From Candidatus Avispirillum sp. (GTDB lineage: Bacteria; Bacillota; Clostridia; Oscillospirales; CAG-272), in assembly GCA_045631345.1 (NCBI GenBank), contig JAZQUP010000019.1, positions 18,739 to 82,738 of the forward strand: DNA of 64,000 nucleotides. The letters are read 5' to 3'. Made by a program: the position numbers and the translations under genes. Below the pieces are notes generated by a model. It worked only from the letters and a program-made list of their open reading frames with translations. It was not told where the DNA came from and searched no databases. Positions 63,711 to 64,000 of this stretch are shown in pieces (positions within the stretch are counted from its first letter, which is position 1; every line of letters begins with the position of its first letter).

Positions 63711-63740
63711 AAAGAGGTCACGAAAGTGACCTCTTTTTTT
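63711..63740 (+). terminator. intrinsic terminator after the DUF4091/dockerin gene
   Basis: Stem AAAGAGGTCAC-GAAA-GTGACCTCTTT followed by a T-run to 63740. Confidence 0.9.
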
Positions 63741-63754
63741 ACATGCTGAGCCTA

Positions 63755-63880
63755 TCATTATAACTGCGAAGCAGTTTTTAGGGTAACGAAGTGGCATAAG
63801 GGAAATGAATAATATGCCCGTGGCGTGTTAAAGAACGAGCGTGACCGAGCCTCAGGATTACCAAAGACTTCATAATTACA
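63755..63880. repeat. hairpin-rich intergenic element (copy E)
   Basis: AACTGCGAAGCAGTTTTT (63762-63779) is the exact reverse complement of 20056-20073 in copy B. GGATTACC with its flank resembles the inverted GGTAATCC of copy D. AACGAGCG is shared with copy C. Hairpins: CTGC-GAA-GCAG and GGCATA-N14-TATGCC. Confidence 0.45.
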
Positions 63881-63957
63881 GAAAGTTAAAAATATGAGGG
63901 TTAAAAATTAACAATAAAAAGCATATAATATCTATAATTTATGCTTTGAGGTATTTT

Positions 63958-64000
63958 ATGAAAAGGAAAAAGGGACGTATACGTAGTTTCGTTAATGAAT
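63958..64000 (+). CDS. start of an unidentified ORF running off the window end
   Basis: The ATG at 63958 lies 6 nt after GAGG. It translates as MKRKKGRIRSFVNE...; only 14 codons are visible. Confidence 0.3.
   Translation, partial: MKRKKGRIRSFVNE

Noticed and set aside
1-64000. Prophage, transposon, defence island (RM, CBASS, retron, TA), tRNA or rRNA genes
   Set aside because: I recognised no integrase, transposase, reverse transcriptase, nuclease-ATPase pair, or tRNA T-loop/acceptor pattern by eye. This is a negative result without tools, so tRNAscan-SE, Infernal and DefenseFinder should confirm it.

Overview
This is a chromosomal segment from a low-to-moderate GC Firmicute of class Clostridia. 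The gene content suggests a Ruminococcus-like member of the Ruminococcaceae/Oscillospiraceae, but that taxonomic call is inference only. The supporting genes are two dockerin-bearing proteins (one also has a cohesin-like module), spoVAD/spoVAEb and ytvI, an IspH-S1 fusion, and a sensory [FeFe]-hydrogenase next to a second hydrogenase.

I call 65 coding regions, one truncated at each window edge. I also call one Val T-box leader, 13 near-consensus sigma-A promoters (7 are exact TTGACA-17-TATAAT), about 16 intrinsic terminators, SOS boxes, a GntR operator and five hairpin-rich intergenic repeat elements. By eye I found no rRNA, tRNA, CRISPR array, transposase, integrase, phage gene or recognisable defence gene.

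Layout:
- 1-14.5 kb: murC', nfo-SLOG, rpiR-flavoprotein, cmk-plsC-ispH/rpsA, spoVAD-spoVAEb, yybS-gdpP-rplI-dnaB.
- 14.5-27.8 kb: cohesin/dockerin protein, asd, DUF1292, a two-component system, PAP2, a GntR-ABC operon, miaA, vanZ, queA, yfcE.
- 27.8-31.9 kb: unknown small-ORF and membrane-protein operons.
- 32-41.7 kb: T-box-valS, three tandem cyclophilin domains, ytvI, ddh, and two PrsA-like parvulins.
- 43.5-48.3 kb: hydrogenase sensing/catalysis operon.
- 48.4-56.9 kb: yicC-remA-gmk-rpoZ-priA-def-fmt-rsmB-rlmN.
- 57-63.7 kb: accessory block (GH43, acidic lipoprotein, GNAT, SOS-regulated dinB, S51 peptidase, dockerin DUF4091 protein).

The best candidates for new biology are:
1. The [2Fe-2S]-HydS-PP2C-HydA operon, whose signalling output has no partner in cis.
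2. A mosaic family of hairpin-array intergenic repeats, one copy of which sits inside the valS T-box leader.
3. Several compact operons of unknown function.
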